A stretch of 64,000 bases of DNA from Desulfobacterales bacterium (GCA_046483495.1 JAWODC010000074.1:53052-117051); one strand, 5' to 3'; counted from the stretch's first letter, positions 8,883 to 18,923 are shown. Notes: generated from the letters alone by a model not told the origin. A program made the numbers and translations.

Positions 8883-10010
8883 GTGAGAGAAGTTGTTGTG
8901 TTGGGAGCGGGGCTCCATCGATACGGGCTATTTCCGGAAACATCCATTGCGGAGTTGGGCGCCGAAGCGGTCCGGGGCGCCCTGGCGGATGCGAATATAA
9001 CATGGGAGAATATCGAAACGGCTTACTGCGGCACCACCCAGCCCGGCTGGTCCGTCGGTCACCAGGTTTGCCAAACACTCGGGTTCACCGGATTGGGGAT
9101 TATGAACATTGAAAACGCATCGGCCAGCGGATCGTCCGCCTTTCGTGAAGCCTATCTTTCGGTTTTATCGGGGGAGCATGACGTCGCCCTGGCGTTCGGT
9201 GTAGACAAGACCAAACCACCGAAGCTTTCCCCGTCCGGGCGGAATAAAGACGAAAAAACCGCCAAGGCCGGCGATAAGCATTTTACCAGCCCGGTCGAGA
9301 TATTTGCCGCGATAACCCGGCAGCACATGGATGCGTACGGCACCACGATCGATCAACTGGCCCGTGTCGCCGTGAAAAACAGGCATAACGCCGCTCTGAA
9401 TCCCCATGCCCAGTTTCAAAGTCCGGTAACCATAGAAGAGGTTCACCAGTCCCGAATGATTGCCGAACCGGTTACCAAGCTGCACTGCTGCCCATGGGGA
9501 GACGGAGCCGCCGCCGTGATTGTCTGTGAGAAAAAACAGGCTGAAAAATATACGGATAAGGTATGCCCGAGGGTGGCCGCGTCGGTGCTGAAGAGCACGA
9601 TTCCGGATGAAGACCCGATGTTTTCGCTCACCCGGTTGTGCGCCCATATCGCTTACGAACAGGCCGGCGCAGATCCGGAGGATCTGGACCTCATCGAACT
9701 GCACGATGCGTTCACCATAGAGGAAATCATCTACGCCGAGGCGCTGGGTCTATGCCCCCGGGGTGAAGGCGGACGCCTGGTTGAAACGGGTGAAACCGCC
9801 TTGACAGGAAATCATGTCATCAACAGCAGCGGCGGCCTTCTCAGTATGGGGCATCCCCTGGGTCCGACGGGCGTTGGACAAATAGCTGAAATTCTTTGGC
9901 AAATGCGGGGAGAATGTCACAAACGGCAGATCCGGAAGCCCGTCAACCTGGCCATGGCTCACATGGTGGGGGCCGGCGGCGTCTGTGCCATTCATCTGTT
10001 GAAAAAGTGA
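8883..10010 (+). CDS. SCP-x/lipid-transfer-type thiolase-superfamily protein (nucleophile Cys replaced by Ser)
   Basis: ENASASG, DGAAA, ELHDAF, NSSGGLLSMGHPLGPTG; GTG start. Confidence 0.88.
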   Translation: MREVVVLGAGLHRYGLFPETSIAELGAEAVRGALADANITWENIETAYCGTTQPGWSVGHQVCQTLGFTGLGIMNIENASASGSSAFREAYLSVLSGEHDVALAFGVDKTKPPKLSPSGRNKDEKTAKAGDKHFTSPVEIFAAITRQHMDAYGTTIDQLARVAVKNRHNAALNPHAQFQSPVTIEEVHQSRMIAEPVTKLHCCPWGDGAAAVIVCEKKQAEKYTDKVCPRVAASVLKSTIPDEDPMFSLTRLCAHIAYEQAGADPEDLDLIELHDAFTIEEIIYAEALGLCPRGEGGRLVETGETALTGNHVINSSGGLLSMGHPLGPTGVGQIAEILWQMRGECHKRQIRKPVNLAMAHMVGAGGVCAIHLLKK

Positions 10011-10286
10011 TGCTGATTTAATATAATTATTTTTTCGGGCATTCTCCTCATCCGTTCACCATCGGGATCCGAATGCCTCGATCTGCTGAACCAATGCCGT
10101 CCCGGTGACGATTCATCGGCTTGCTCCGGATTCAGGCCGATAGTGCGTTTCCGAATAAATACCGTTACAATTCTTATACGAATCTTTTTTTCAAAAAAAT
10201 GAATCGTATTCACCAAATGTTTCGTTTTTCATAATTTATGAGCACATATTACCCAAACCCACTCGTATACCCAACAGGAGATGAAC

Positions 10287-11972
10287 ATGACAGCTGCCTA
10301 TGACAAAATTTGCGATGTTCTGGTGGAAGCCGGAATCGATCATGTTTTCGGAATCCCCGGTGGCGGGACCATTCCCATCTGGAACGCCCTCTATGACCGA
10401 CAGGACCGCATCAAAGCGGTTCTCACCCGACACGAACAGGCCGCATCCTGTATGGCGGATATTTACGGCCGGGTCACCGGCAGACCCGCCGTCTTAATGG
10501 GCCAGGGGGCCTTTATTGCCTCGTCCGGTGGTTTCGGCATTCTCGAAGCATACCTTTCCAATACCCCCATGCTGATTCTCACGGACACCTCGGACATGGG
10601 AACCTTCAGTCAGCATGCCAGTTACCAGTCGGGAACCGGCGAATACGGATCTTTCGATATTCGGGACATCTTGAAGGCCATGAGCAAATTCACCACGTAT
10701 GCCGTTACACCTGAAGAGGCTGTTCAGGGCATTCAACTGGCCGTGAAACATGCCATGGCCGGCCGCCCGGGTCCGGCCGCCGTCGTAATGCGGAGCAGTG
10801 CGATTTCCGGCGATATCGATGAAAACAGGGTTCCCAGGATCTACCCCACGTCCGGTTACCTGAAAGGATCGTTGCCGACCGCACCACGCGAGGAGATCAA
10901 AAAGGCCGTCGGCCTTCTTTCCGAGGCAAAAACTCCCGTCATTATCGCCGGAAACGGCGTTCACCTCTCAAAGTCGTATGATGCATTGCGGCGTTTGTCC
11001 GAATCGCTGGGCATACCGGTCGCCTCCAGTTACAAGGGAAAAAGCGTATTCCCCGAAACCCACCCCCTGGCGCTTGGAATGATGGGGAGCTTCGGACAAA
11101 AACTGGCGAACGATGAAATCGCCCGTGCGGATGTCATCCTGGTAGCAGGCTGCCATCTGGCGCCGAGCGACACGCTCTTCGAGAGCCCCGACCTTATCAA
11201 GCCGGATGCACAAACCATCATACAAATCGATATCGATCCCCGCAATGCAGGGTGGACCTATCCCGTATCCCATGCACTGGTGGGTGACCTCAAGCACATT
11301 ATGGGAAGTATGGCGGATATGGTCGACAGGAACAGCCCGGCCGCCGAAAACCGTGAGTCCGAATTGGCCGAACGCAAGCGCGCCTCGGAATTTTTCACGG
11401 CGCCGGAAGCCGCTTCCGATGACATTCCCCTGCTCCCGCAGCGAATTGTTTGCGAGATCGATAAGGCCGTTGATGAACATGCCCTGATAACCCTCGATGC
11501 GGGAAACAATCGGCTTTGGATGAGTCATTTTTTCAAAAGCAAGGCCGCAGGCAGTGTTTTTTGTCCCGGCGGAGCGGCTGGCATGGGATACGGACCTCCG
11601 GCGGCGCTTGGACTGAAACTGCTTCACCCGAACCGACCCGTTTTATCCGTGAGCGGGGACGGGGGGTTTGCCATGGTTCCCCATGTCCTTTCCACGGCCG
11701 TACAGTACCGTCTGCCCGTGGCCTTTCTCGTGATGAACAATTCCGGATTGGGAATGGTGCGCGACATCCAGGGCGACAAAATTATTGCAACGGAATTTTC
11801 ACCGACGGATTTTGCCCGAATCGCCCAAGGGTTCGGATGCCGGGGGGTCACGGTTCACCGTGCCGAAGAAATCCAGCCGGCCATTTCAGAAGCCTTTGGC
11901 GCGGATCTGCCCACGGTTATCGACGTGATAACGAGCCCTTCGGAGCCCTTTTTTAAAATCTGGAACCGATAG
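10287..11972 (+). CDS. Thiamine-diphosphate-dependent enzyme (acetolactate synthase-like superfamily)
   Basis: VFGIPGG, RHEQAA (catalytic Glu), GRPGP, GDGGF...NNSGLG ThDP motif; SD AGGAG favours ATG 10287 over 10281. Confidence 0.9.
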   Translation: MTAAYDKICDVLVEAGIDHVFGIPGGGTIPIWNALYDRQDRIKAVLTRHEQAASCMADIYGRVTGRPAVLMGQGAFIASSGGFGILEAYLSNTPMLILTDTSDMGTFSQHASYQSGTGEYGSFDIRDILKAMSKFTTYAVTPEEAVQGIQLAVKHAMAGRPGPAAVVMRSSAISGDIDENRVPRIYPTSGYLKGSLPTAPREEIKKAVGLLSEAKTPVIIAGNGVHLSKSYDALRRLSESLGIPVASSYKGKSVFPETHPLALGMMGSFGQKLANDEIARADVILVAGCHLAPSDTLFESPDLIKPDAQTIIQIDIDPRNAGWTYPVSHALVGDLKHIMGSMADMVDRNSPAAENRESELAERKRASEFFTAPEAASDDIPLLPQRIVCEIDKAVDEHALITLDAGNNRLWMSHFFKSKAAGSVFCPGGAAGMGYGPPAALGLKLLHPNRPVLSVSGDGGFAMVPHVLSTAVQYRLPVAFLVMNNSGLGMVRDIQGDKIIATEFSPTDFARIAQGFGCRGVTVHRAEEIQPAISEAFGADLPTVIDVITSPSEPFFKIWNR

Positions 11973-11986
11973 CATGGAGGCATCCT

Positions 11987-12775
11987 ATGACATTGAAGGG
12001 TAAAACGGCCCTGATTACAGGAGCGGCGCGAGGCATCGGCCGCGCGCATGCGCTGCGGTTGGCGTCTTTGGGTGCGGATATCGTCATTAACGATATCAAT
12101 CTCAAATCGCATGAAGAATTCGGCGAAAAGATAACCGCCGAAACCGTTATGGATGAGGTGAAGGCCCTGGGCGTTCACTGCATCGGTATCGAAGCGGATG
12201 TCACACATAAAGAGCAGGTGACCTCGATGGTGAAAAAAGCAGTGGACACCTTCGGCCGCGTCGACATCCTGATCAACAATGCCGGCGGGCTGGCCGGGGA
12301 AATGGCGGAAAGTTTTGCATCATCCGTTAGTGAGGCCGATCTGACCGCTACCATCGATCGTAATCTCATCGGCACGATTTTCTGCTGCCAGGCGGCGGCG
12401 CCTGCAATGAAGGCGCACGGTTGGGGAAGAATCGTCAACACCGCTTCCCAGGCCGGCTTGAGACCCCAGCAGGGCGGCATTTACGCGTCTTATGGTGCGG
12501 CCAAAGCCGGCGTTCTCGCTTACACCCGGTATTTGGCCGTCGAATTGGCGCCTTTCGGCATCACGGTCAACTGCATCGTACCGGCCTATGTAGCGACCGA
12601 CCGGCTGGCCACCCGGGTATTCAACCAGATGGAAAATCCTGCCGAGACGCTGGGAATTCCCTTAGGCAGGCTTGCCACACCCGACGACGTGGCCAAGGTA
12701 GCGGAATTTTTTGTGACCGATTTAAGCGATTATGTCACGGGGCAGTATCTTTCGGTATGCGGCGGCGCGGTTTAA
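11987..12775 (+). CDS. Short-chain dehydrogenase/reductase (FabG-like)
   Basis: TGAARGIG, NNAG, YGAAK. Confidence 0.92.
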   Translation: MTLKGKTALITGAARGIGRAHALRLASLGADIVINDINLKSHEEFGEKITAETVMDEVKALGVHCIGIEADVTHKEQVTSMVKKAVDTFGRVDILINNAGGLAGEMAESFASSVSEADLTATIDRNLIGTIFCCQAAAPAMKAHGWGRIVNTASQAGLRPQQGGIYASYGAAKAGVLAYTRYLAVELAPFGITVNCIVPAYVATDRLATRVFNQMENPAETLGIPLGRLATPDDVAKVAEFFVTDLSDYVTGQYLSVCGGAV

Positions 12776-12783
12776 ATTGACTT

Positions 12784-13617
12784 ATGCTGAAAAATAGAGA
12801 CACCAGGGTTCAGATCGTTATCGTAGAAAAAGGGAAATACATCCTTTTACAGCATCTGGCAAAAAAAGAAAACAAGACCTTCTGGGGCCTGCCCGGCGGC
12901 GGCCGAGAACCGGGTGAAACCGACGAGAAAGCCGCTATCCGTGAGGCTTGGGAAGAAACAGGCCTTTGCATCCGGCTTCTGCCGGTAAAGCATGAAATCC
13001 TGTTGAGCGGCAAAAAATTCGTTTACGACCGTATTGTCACATTCCTTGCCTATCCGGTTTCCGGTAAAGCCGGAGTCGGTTATGAACCCGAGGCCCGGCT
13101 GTTCGCCGCCTATAATTATGCACTCATCGGATTACGGTGGCAGCATTTTTACCGGGATGAGGGTCTGACGCCGTTTACCGAAAAATCGATCCATCCCATA
13201 CGCAACCTGCTCGAATCCGCACCGATACAACACAGGGTGGGACTGATTGTCCATCACCGGGATAACGGCGCTATGAAATTTCTTTGCATCTCCTCCCGGC
13301 GTCATCCCGGTTGCCTGGAAATGCCCCATATCGATGTGGCTGAGAGCAATCCTTCGAAGGCGGCTGTTATTTCCCTTGCCGAACAACATTTGGGGATTTC
13401 GCTGGAAAGCCCCGTGGATCGGGGATTCTTTTTCCACGAAAATGACGGCCGGTATTACCGAACAGATGTTTTTTCCATTTCATTGGAGAGCGTCCCTGCA
13501 AAACTTCGCCGAAATTCCTGCCACTGGCTCGATCGGCGGCAAGCGGCACGCGAGGGGCGATTTCGAGAAGACAGGCGGTTGATTTTGGAATCGATAGAAG
13601 AGCTCATGTCCTCCTGA
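12784..13617 (+). CDS. NUDIX hydrolase with a degenerate second NUDIX-like domain
   Basis: Complete Nudix box GGREPGETDEKAAIREAWEETGL in the N-terminal half. Confidence 0.8.
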   Translation: MLKNRDTRVQIVIVEKGKYILLQHLAKKENKTFWGLPGGGREPGETDEKAAIREAWEETGLCIRLLPVKHEILLSGKKFVYDRIVTFLAYPVSGKAGVGYEPEARLFAAYNYALIGLRWQHFYRDEGLTPFTEKSIHPIRNLLESAPIQHRVGLIVHHRDNGAMKFLCISSRRHPGCLEMPHIDVAESNPSKAAVISLAEQHLGISLESPVDRGFFFHENDGRYYRTDVFSISLESVPAKLRRNSCHWLDRRQAAREGRFREDRRLILESIEELMSS

Positions 13618-13665
13618 ACAGGAATTTTACGATTTCACACTCACTTCTGAAAGGCTTTATGTATT

Positions 13666-16029
13666 ATGGATAAAAAGATCATCGACATCGTAATGCGGTT
13701 TCGCGTTCTCACGCTGGCTGTTCTGATCGGCATTACCGGCATTTTTGCTTACGGCATCACCAAAATGGACTTCTACACCGAGTTCATCGAACTCTTTCCC
13801 TCCAATCACCCATATATTGAAATCCATAAGGAATTTATGGAGTATTTCGGGGGGGCGAACGTCGCCACCCTGGTGCTGGAAGTAAAGCAAGGCGACGTGT
13901 TCACGCAAGAAACACTGGAAAAAATGATTCGAATACAGGAGGGCGTCGAACGCATCCCCAATGTAAATCCCTATCAGGTTTTCAGCATCGCCAGCCGCCG
14001 TGTACTCGAAACCAAAGAAATCGCCGGGGGCTACAAGAGAGCGCGTCTGATGCCCGAAGTCCCTGAAAACGAATCGGACATGTTCGACTTCAAGGCCAAG
14101 GTGTTTACAAACGAGGCATACGGCACCTATGTGTCGACAGATCTGAAAGCTCTCAGGCTTCAGGCCGCCTTCATCGAAGATCGAATGGATTACACGGAGC
14201 TTTTTGATGAATTTATGGAAATACGGGAAAGCGAAGAGGATGCCGCCCACAACATCTACCTGGCGGGCGAACCGGTCCTCTACGGCTGGATTTACCATCA
14301 CTTCAATGAGACCGCTGTGATTTTTTTGATCAGCTGCTTGATACTCACCGCCTTGCTGTTTTTTTTCATGGGCCGGCAGCCGGTCTGGTGGAGTCCCCTC
14401 ATCAGTGCATTTTTGAGTGCCGTTTGGGGCTTGGGAATGTCCGGTTTTCTCGGGTATCAGTTCGACCCGCTGATTATCGTGGTCCCCTTTCTGTTGACCG
14501 CCCGGGCCATGAGCCACGGCGTTCAGTGGCTCAACCGGTTCGGCCATGAGTTCCGAAGGACAGGAGACCCCAAAGAAGCCGCCCGCATTACGGGCATCCA
14601 TCTGTTCTATCCCTGCACCATCGGTGTCGTCACCGATGCATGCGGCGTCTTGATCGTAGCGTTGATTCCCATTCCCATTCTGCAGCATCTCGCCATTCTG
14701 GGCTTTTTCTGGGGTTTGAGCGTAATTTTTACCGTCTCGATTTTCAACCCGGTGTTTTTTTCTTTCCTGCCGTTAAAGCGCGGATCATTCGTTGAAAAAC
14801 CCCATTGGGCGTTTTTGACCAACTTGATGAGAAAAATGGCTGAATTCAGCATCACCAAATCGGGAAAATGGATTCTGATCACCGCCAGCATCGTGATCCT
14901 CGTCCTTGGATTCCATGGATTCACACGCGTTCCCATCGGTGATGTAAACCCCGGCTCACCGGTATTATGGCCGGATTCGGATTACAATCGGAGTGTCAAT
15001 GCCATAAACAAGCGCTTTCTTGGAATGGAGCAGATGTATGTTCTCGTTGAAGGCAATCCCAATGCCCAGGCCCCTTTATTTCTGCCGGAGACCATGAATG
15101 CCATGGATAATTTGAAAGAACACCTGATCGCAAAGGGGGATGTGGTGTCCGGATTCACGCCGGCCGATGTCATCAAGTCTTTTAACCGGTTGGTCCATGA
15201 AAACAACCCGAAATATGACATTATTCCAAACACGGTATTGGAAATATTTCAGCTGCTGACCATCTTTTACATGGACGCCGCACCGGAAGACATCGATCAG
15301 TACATGAGCCCGGGCTTTGCCAACGCCAACGTGAGGCTGTTCTTGAAGGATCACCGGGGGGAGACCTTGCGAAGCGTCATTGCAGATGTCAAGGACTGGA
15401 TCGAAGGACCGCAAAGTCAAATTCTCACGGTATCGACAGATGATCCCACAGAGCTCATTCCGGCCGTGACGTTCAGACCGGCCGGAGGCCTGGGCGGGAT
15501 ATTGGCGGCGGCAAACGAACTGATCGAAAAGGCCAATCACTGGCTGGTGGGTGGAATCCTGGTTTTTATTTTTTTATGCTGCACGATAATCTACCGCTCT
15601 TTTTTCGCGGGGTTCATCTTCGTCATCTCCTTGATACTGGCCAATTTCGTGGCGTTCTGGTATATGGCCTCCAAAAATATCGGCTTGAATATCAACACCG
15701 TTCCCGTGGTATCGTTGGGCGTCGGTTTGGGCGTGGATTACGGCCTGTACATCGTCAGCCAGATCAAGGAACTGATCCTCGCCGGTGCGAGCTGGGAAAA
15801 AGGCATTGTGAACGGCGTTGCGTCCACCGGCCGGGCCGTATTCTACCAGGCCGTCATGATGAGCGCCAGCGTGTTTTTCTGGTGGTTTTCACCCCTTCGG
15901 TTTCAGGCTGAGATGGGATTTCTTCTCGCCATCCTCATGATTATCAATATGATTGTGGGTGTTCTTCTGCTGCCGTCTTTGCTGCACATTTTCAAGCCCC
16001 GGTTCATTACAAGGGGAGGCAAATCGTAA
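13666..16029 (+). CDS. MMPL/RND superfamily transporter
   Basis: 787 aa, two repeats of TM + periplasmic loop + 5 TM; LGVGLGVDYGLY motif. Confidence 0.9.
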   Translation: MDKKIIDIVMRFRVLTLAVLIGITGIFAYGITKMDFYTEFIELFPSNHPYIEIHKEFMEYFGGANVATLVLEVKQGDVFTQETLEKMIRIQEGVERIPNVNPYQVFSIASRRVLETKEIAGGYKRARLMPEVPENESDMFDFKAKVFTNEAYGTYVSTDLKALRLQAAFIEDRMDYTELFDEFMEIRESEEDAAHNIYLAGEPVLYGWIYHHFNETAVIFLISCLILTALLFFFMGRQPVWWSPLISAFLSAVWGLGMSGFLGYQFDPLIIVVPFLLTARAMSHGVQWLNRFGHEFRRTGDPKEAARITGIHLFYPCTIGVVTDACGVLIVALIPIPILQHLAILGFFWGLSVIFTVSIFNPVFFSFLPLKRGSFVEKPHWAFLTNLMRKMAEFSITKSGKWILITASIVILVLGFHGFTRVPIGDVNPGSPVLWPDSDYNRSVNAINKRFLGMEQMYVLVEGNPNAQAPLFLPETMNAMDNLKEHLIAKGDVVSGFTPADVIKSFNRLVHENNPKYDIIPNTVLEIFQLLTIFYMDAAPEDIDQYMSPGFANANVRLFLKDHRGETLRSVIADVKDWIEGPQSQILTVSTDDPTELIPAVTFRPAGGLGGILAAANELIEKANHWLVGGILVFIFLCCTIIYRSFFAGFIFVISLILANFVAFWYMASKNIGLNINTVPVVSLGVGLGVDYGLYIVSQIKELILAGASWEKGIVNGVASTGRAVFYQAVMMSASVFFWWFSPLRFQAEMGFLLAILMIINMIVGVLLLPSLLHIFKPRFITRGGKS

Positions 16030-16065
16030 AAGAAACCATCGAAAGGCAAAACAATGAAAGGCGTA

Positions 16066-17247
16066 TCATTGTCCATACGCCTGTTCGAGCCACCCAGCGA
16101 TTTCTTCTTCGGTCGGTTTCTTCGGCGCGAGTTGATAATACTGCCCCAACGTGGCGTGATGGGCGATTTCCTTCACCTTTGACAAATCCATGCCCATCGC
16201 TTTGAGCGATGGCATTCCGATGTCGGTATAGAATTTTCTCACTTCGGTGCCGACCGCCTCCGCCGTTTCTGCAGGCGTTTTTCCTTCGGCATTCACGGTC
16301 ATCAAGGCGGCCAGTTTCTTGAGCTGTTCGGGAATGAATTCCGCCAGGTAAATGATATTATACGGCAGTACGGAAGCGCAAAGAAATCCGTGTTTGTGGA
16401 TGCTGCACACTTCGCCGATCGCATGCCCGACGGCATGGCCGAAGCTCAGACCGCCCAGTGCTCCGAGAATGGACATAAAGGCGGCGTATGCCATGTCCGT
16501 TCGAGCCCTCATGTCATAGCCGTTCTCGAGGGCCGGTCTCAAGCCGGCAAGCACCAGTTCCACCGCCTTTAAAGCGAATGATTCCCGCATGGGAGACGGC
16601 GAAAGCAGCGCCAGCCCTCCCATCAGTCCTTCAACGGCATGCGAAAAGGCATCCATCCCGGTGGAAGCGGTAATATCAGGAGGCATTTCAGCCATGAGTT
16701 TCGGATCGATCAGGGCCGCTGTAGGCATTTGGTCCAGCGAGGCGATCGATAATTTAAGCTTGCGTTGGGTATCGGTCACAACCGCCGTCGGGGACACTTC
16801 GCTTCCCGTCCCCGCGGTCGTCGGCAGAGCGAAAAACGGCTTCAGCGGATTTTCATAGGGAAGAATCTGAAGCCCGTTTAAATTCAGGGCATGATCCAGC
16901 AGGGTGCCGGGATTGGTGTAGTCGGCATTCACTGCTTTTGCCGTATCGATGGAGCTTCCCCCGCCGATGGCGACAAAGGCGTCCGGCTTTTGGGCTGCGG
17001 CGACCTCAGATCCCCGCGTGATGATTTCCATGGGCGGGTCCGGAAGCACTTCGTCAAATACGATGACCTCTACGCCGGCCGAGGCCAAGCCCTCCAGCAG
17101 CGGCGACGTGAGTCCTGCATCAGCCACACCCTTGTCATGTATACACATGACTCGTTTGATGCCGTGTTCCGACAGCCTTTCGGCAAGTTGATCGGAGCAC
17201 CCTCCTCCCACAATTAGTTTCACCGGAAGATTGAATTCGTAGAACAT
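16066..17247 (-). CDS. Iron-containing alcohol dehydrogenase
   Basis: GGGSSID, PTTAGTGSE, DAFSHAVE, GHAVGH, HG; start at ATG 17247 with SD AAGGAG. Confidence 0.92.
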   Translation of the reverse strand: MFYEFNLPVKLIVGGGCSDQLAERLSEHGIKRVMCIHDKGVADAGLTSPLLEGLASAGVEVIVFDEVLPDPPMEIITRGSEVAAAQKPDAFVAIGGGSSIDTAKAVNADYTNPGTLLDHALNLNGLQILPYENPLKPFFALPTTAGTGSEVSPTAVVTDTQRKLKLSIASLDQMPTAALIDPKLMAEMPPDITASTGMDAFSHAVEGLMGGLALLSPSPMRESFALKAVELVLAGLRPALENGYDMRARTDMAYAAFMSILGALGGLSFGHAVGHAIGEVCSIHKHGFLCASVLPYNIIYLAEFIPEQLKKLAALMTVNAEGKTPAETAEAVGTEVRKFYTDIGMPSLKAMGMDLSKVKEIAHHATLGQYYQLAPKKPTEEEIAGWLEQAYGQ

Positions 17248-17307
17248 GTTTTTCTCCTTTTTTTTATCCACGGAAAAGCGCGGCTGCTTGAAGAAAATCA
17301 CATCGAA

Positions 17308-18075
17308 TCATTCATATGCCGTGCCGAATGTGACATGGTTGCGATAAAATCCGGCGTCATGACCGGGAAAAAAACGTGCGTCCAGCATCGATTGCAGTGC
17401 CTTGAAACGGGATATCGCATATTGCGCCGAAACGGTGTTCCATACATTGCCCGGCGGATGCCCCGTCTCTATGCTGTTCATAAGATAGACGCTGTCCGAT
17501 CCCAGAATGACAAACCGTCCAGAGGGCAGTTCAACCACCAATGCCTGAAGCCCCGGCGTATGTCCGGCCGCCATCATGGCCGTAATGCCCGGGATGATCA
17601 CCCGGTCCCCTTCGAGCAATTCCCATCCGGCACCGGAAAGCCGGGTGACGTTGCGGTCATACGCATGAGCCTGGAAAGCATTGGGTGCCATAGCATAGGC
17701 GAATTCGTCTTTCTGGACCAAAATACGGGCATCCGGGAAGAAGGGAATGCCGCCGGCATGGTCCACATGGAGGTGGGAGACAATGACCGCAGAAACATCC
17801 CCGGGCCTTACCCCGATTTGGTCGAGCTGATTCACCGCGGTGTTTTCTTCTGAAATCTCCGGGGCCATTTCCAGGGCTTTCAGAACAGGAAGGGCTCCGG
17901 GAGACCACCCGGTATCGTATAGCATCCATCCTTCCCCGGTCTCGAAGGCGAAAAACGGCGTGATGATGCGCTGTTTTTCACCCATCCCCCGACCCATCAT
18001 CATCATCCCGGTATCGTACAGGAAACTGCCGCCGTCCAACACGAACATCCGCTTGACCCGGCTTTTTTCTTTCAT
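17308..18075 (-). CDS. N-acyl homoserine lactonase-family metallo-beta-lactamase
   Basis: DTG, SHLHVDHAGG (HxHxDH), GHTPG, GSD, PGHD. Confidence 0.85.
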   Translation of the reverse strand: MKEKSRVKRMFVLDGGSFLYDTGMMMMGRGMGEKQRIITPFFAFETGEGWMLYDTGWSPGALPVLKALEMAPEISEENTAVNQLDQIGVRPGDVSAVIVSHLHVDHAGGIPFFPDARILVQKDEFAYAMAPNAFQAHAYDRNVTRLSGAGWELLEGDRVIIPGITAMMAAGHTPGLQALVVELPSGRFVILGSDSVYLMNSIETGHPPGNVWNTVSAQYAISRFKALQSMLDARFFPGHDAGFYRNHVTFGTAYE

Positions 18076-18923
18076 CTCGGGATCCCTTTCGGAATGCCGC
18101 TTTCACAGGGCACCTTGGTCTGGCAGAGACCGCACCCGTAACCATCGAAGTTCCATTTTTCCTTTACATATTTGCCGCAGGTGCCGGCGGTATGTTCCAT
18201 GCATTTTTGCTTGTCGTGCCCCTTTTCCGAGATGGCGCCTACGGGGCATCGCTCTGCACACGCCATGCATTTGCCCGTGGCATAGTAAAGGCAGTATTCA
18301 TGGTGATCGGTATACGGACGTGGGGTAGGGGCCAATCGGACCCGGGCCACCACCGATCCGACACGGTGCGCCTTTCCTCTCTTCGTAATCAGTCCGTCAC
18401 ATAAGCCGAAGGTGCCCAGTCCGGAAGCATAGGCGGCGTGCCGTTCGGACCACCGGGACGAAAGAAAATATTTTTCCGACATCTCGAACTTCCAATGGGG
18501 GGAAAGGGTCGGCGCTACGGCCTTTATGCCGGGCCGACCGAGTTCGTCCACCACATGCCGCCGCAGGATTTCGTTGAACCGTTCGCCCGGAAAACGCGCC
18601 ATGACCCACCGTTCTGATGGATAAAAGTTTTCTTTCCGGTTTTCCGCTTTAACGGCTTCGCGCTGAATCAAGGCCCAGCTGATCACGGAGAGATCTTCCG
18701 GCTTGCCCGGATCATCCGGAAACGTCAGGTTGAAAATTTCCGCCGGCGTATAGTGAAACTGCCCCACATACGTCTTGTAGCTGTCATAGATGGGGTCGTT
18801 CCCGGCGCTGCAGCCGATGATCGCCTCCTCCCAGGCCGGCTCCCCTGTTGCCATATGCAATGAATTTTCGGGTGATGTACGGATAAAATCCTTAATAATC
18901 GATTCGATGACATGTTTGTCCAT
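18072..18923 (-). CDS. Epoxyqueuosine reductase (QueG)-like 4Fe-4S protein
   Basis: WSERHAAYASGLGTFG, CMACAERCP, CGLCQTKVPC; ATGA overlap with the lactonase gene. Confidence 0.75.
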   Translation of the reverse strand: MDKHVIESIIKDFIRTSPENSLHMATGEPAWEEAIIGCSAGNDPIYDSYKTYVGQFHYTPAEIFNLTFPDDPGKPEDLSVISWALIQREAVKAENRKENFYPSERWVMARFPGERFNEILRRHVVDELGRPGIKAVAPTLSPHWKFEMSEKYFLSSRWSERHAAYASGLGTFGLCDGLITKRGKAHRVGSVVARVRLAPTPRPYTDHHEYCLYYATGKCMACAERCPVGAISEKGHDKQKCMEHTAGTCGKYVKEKWNFDGYGCGLCQTKVPCESGIPKGIPR

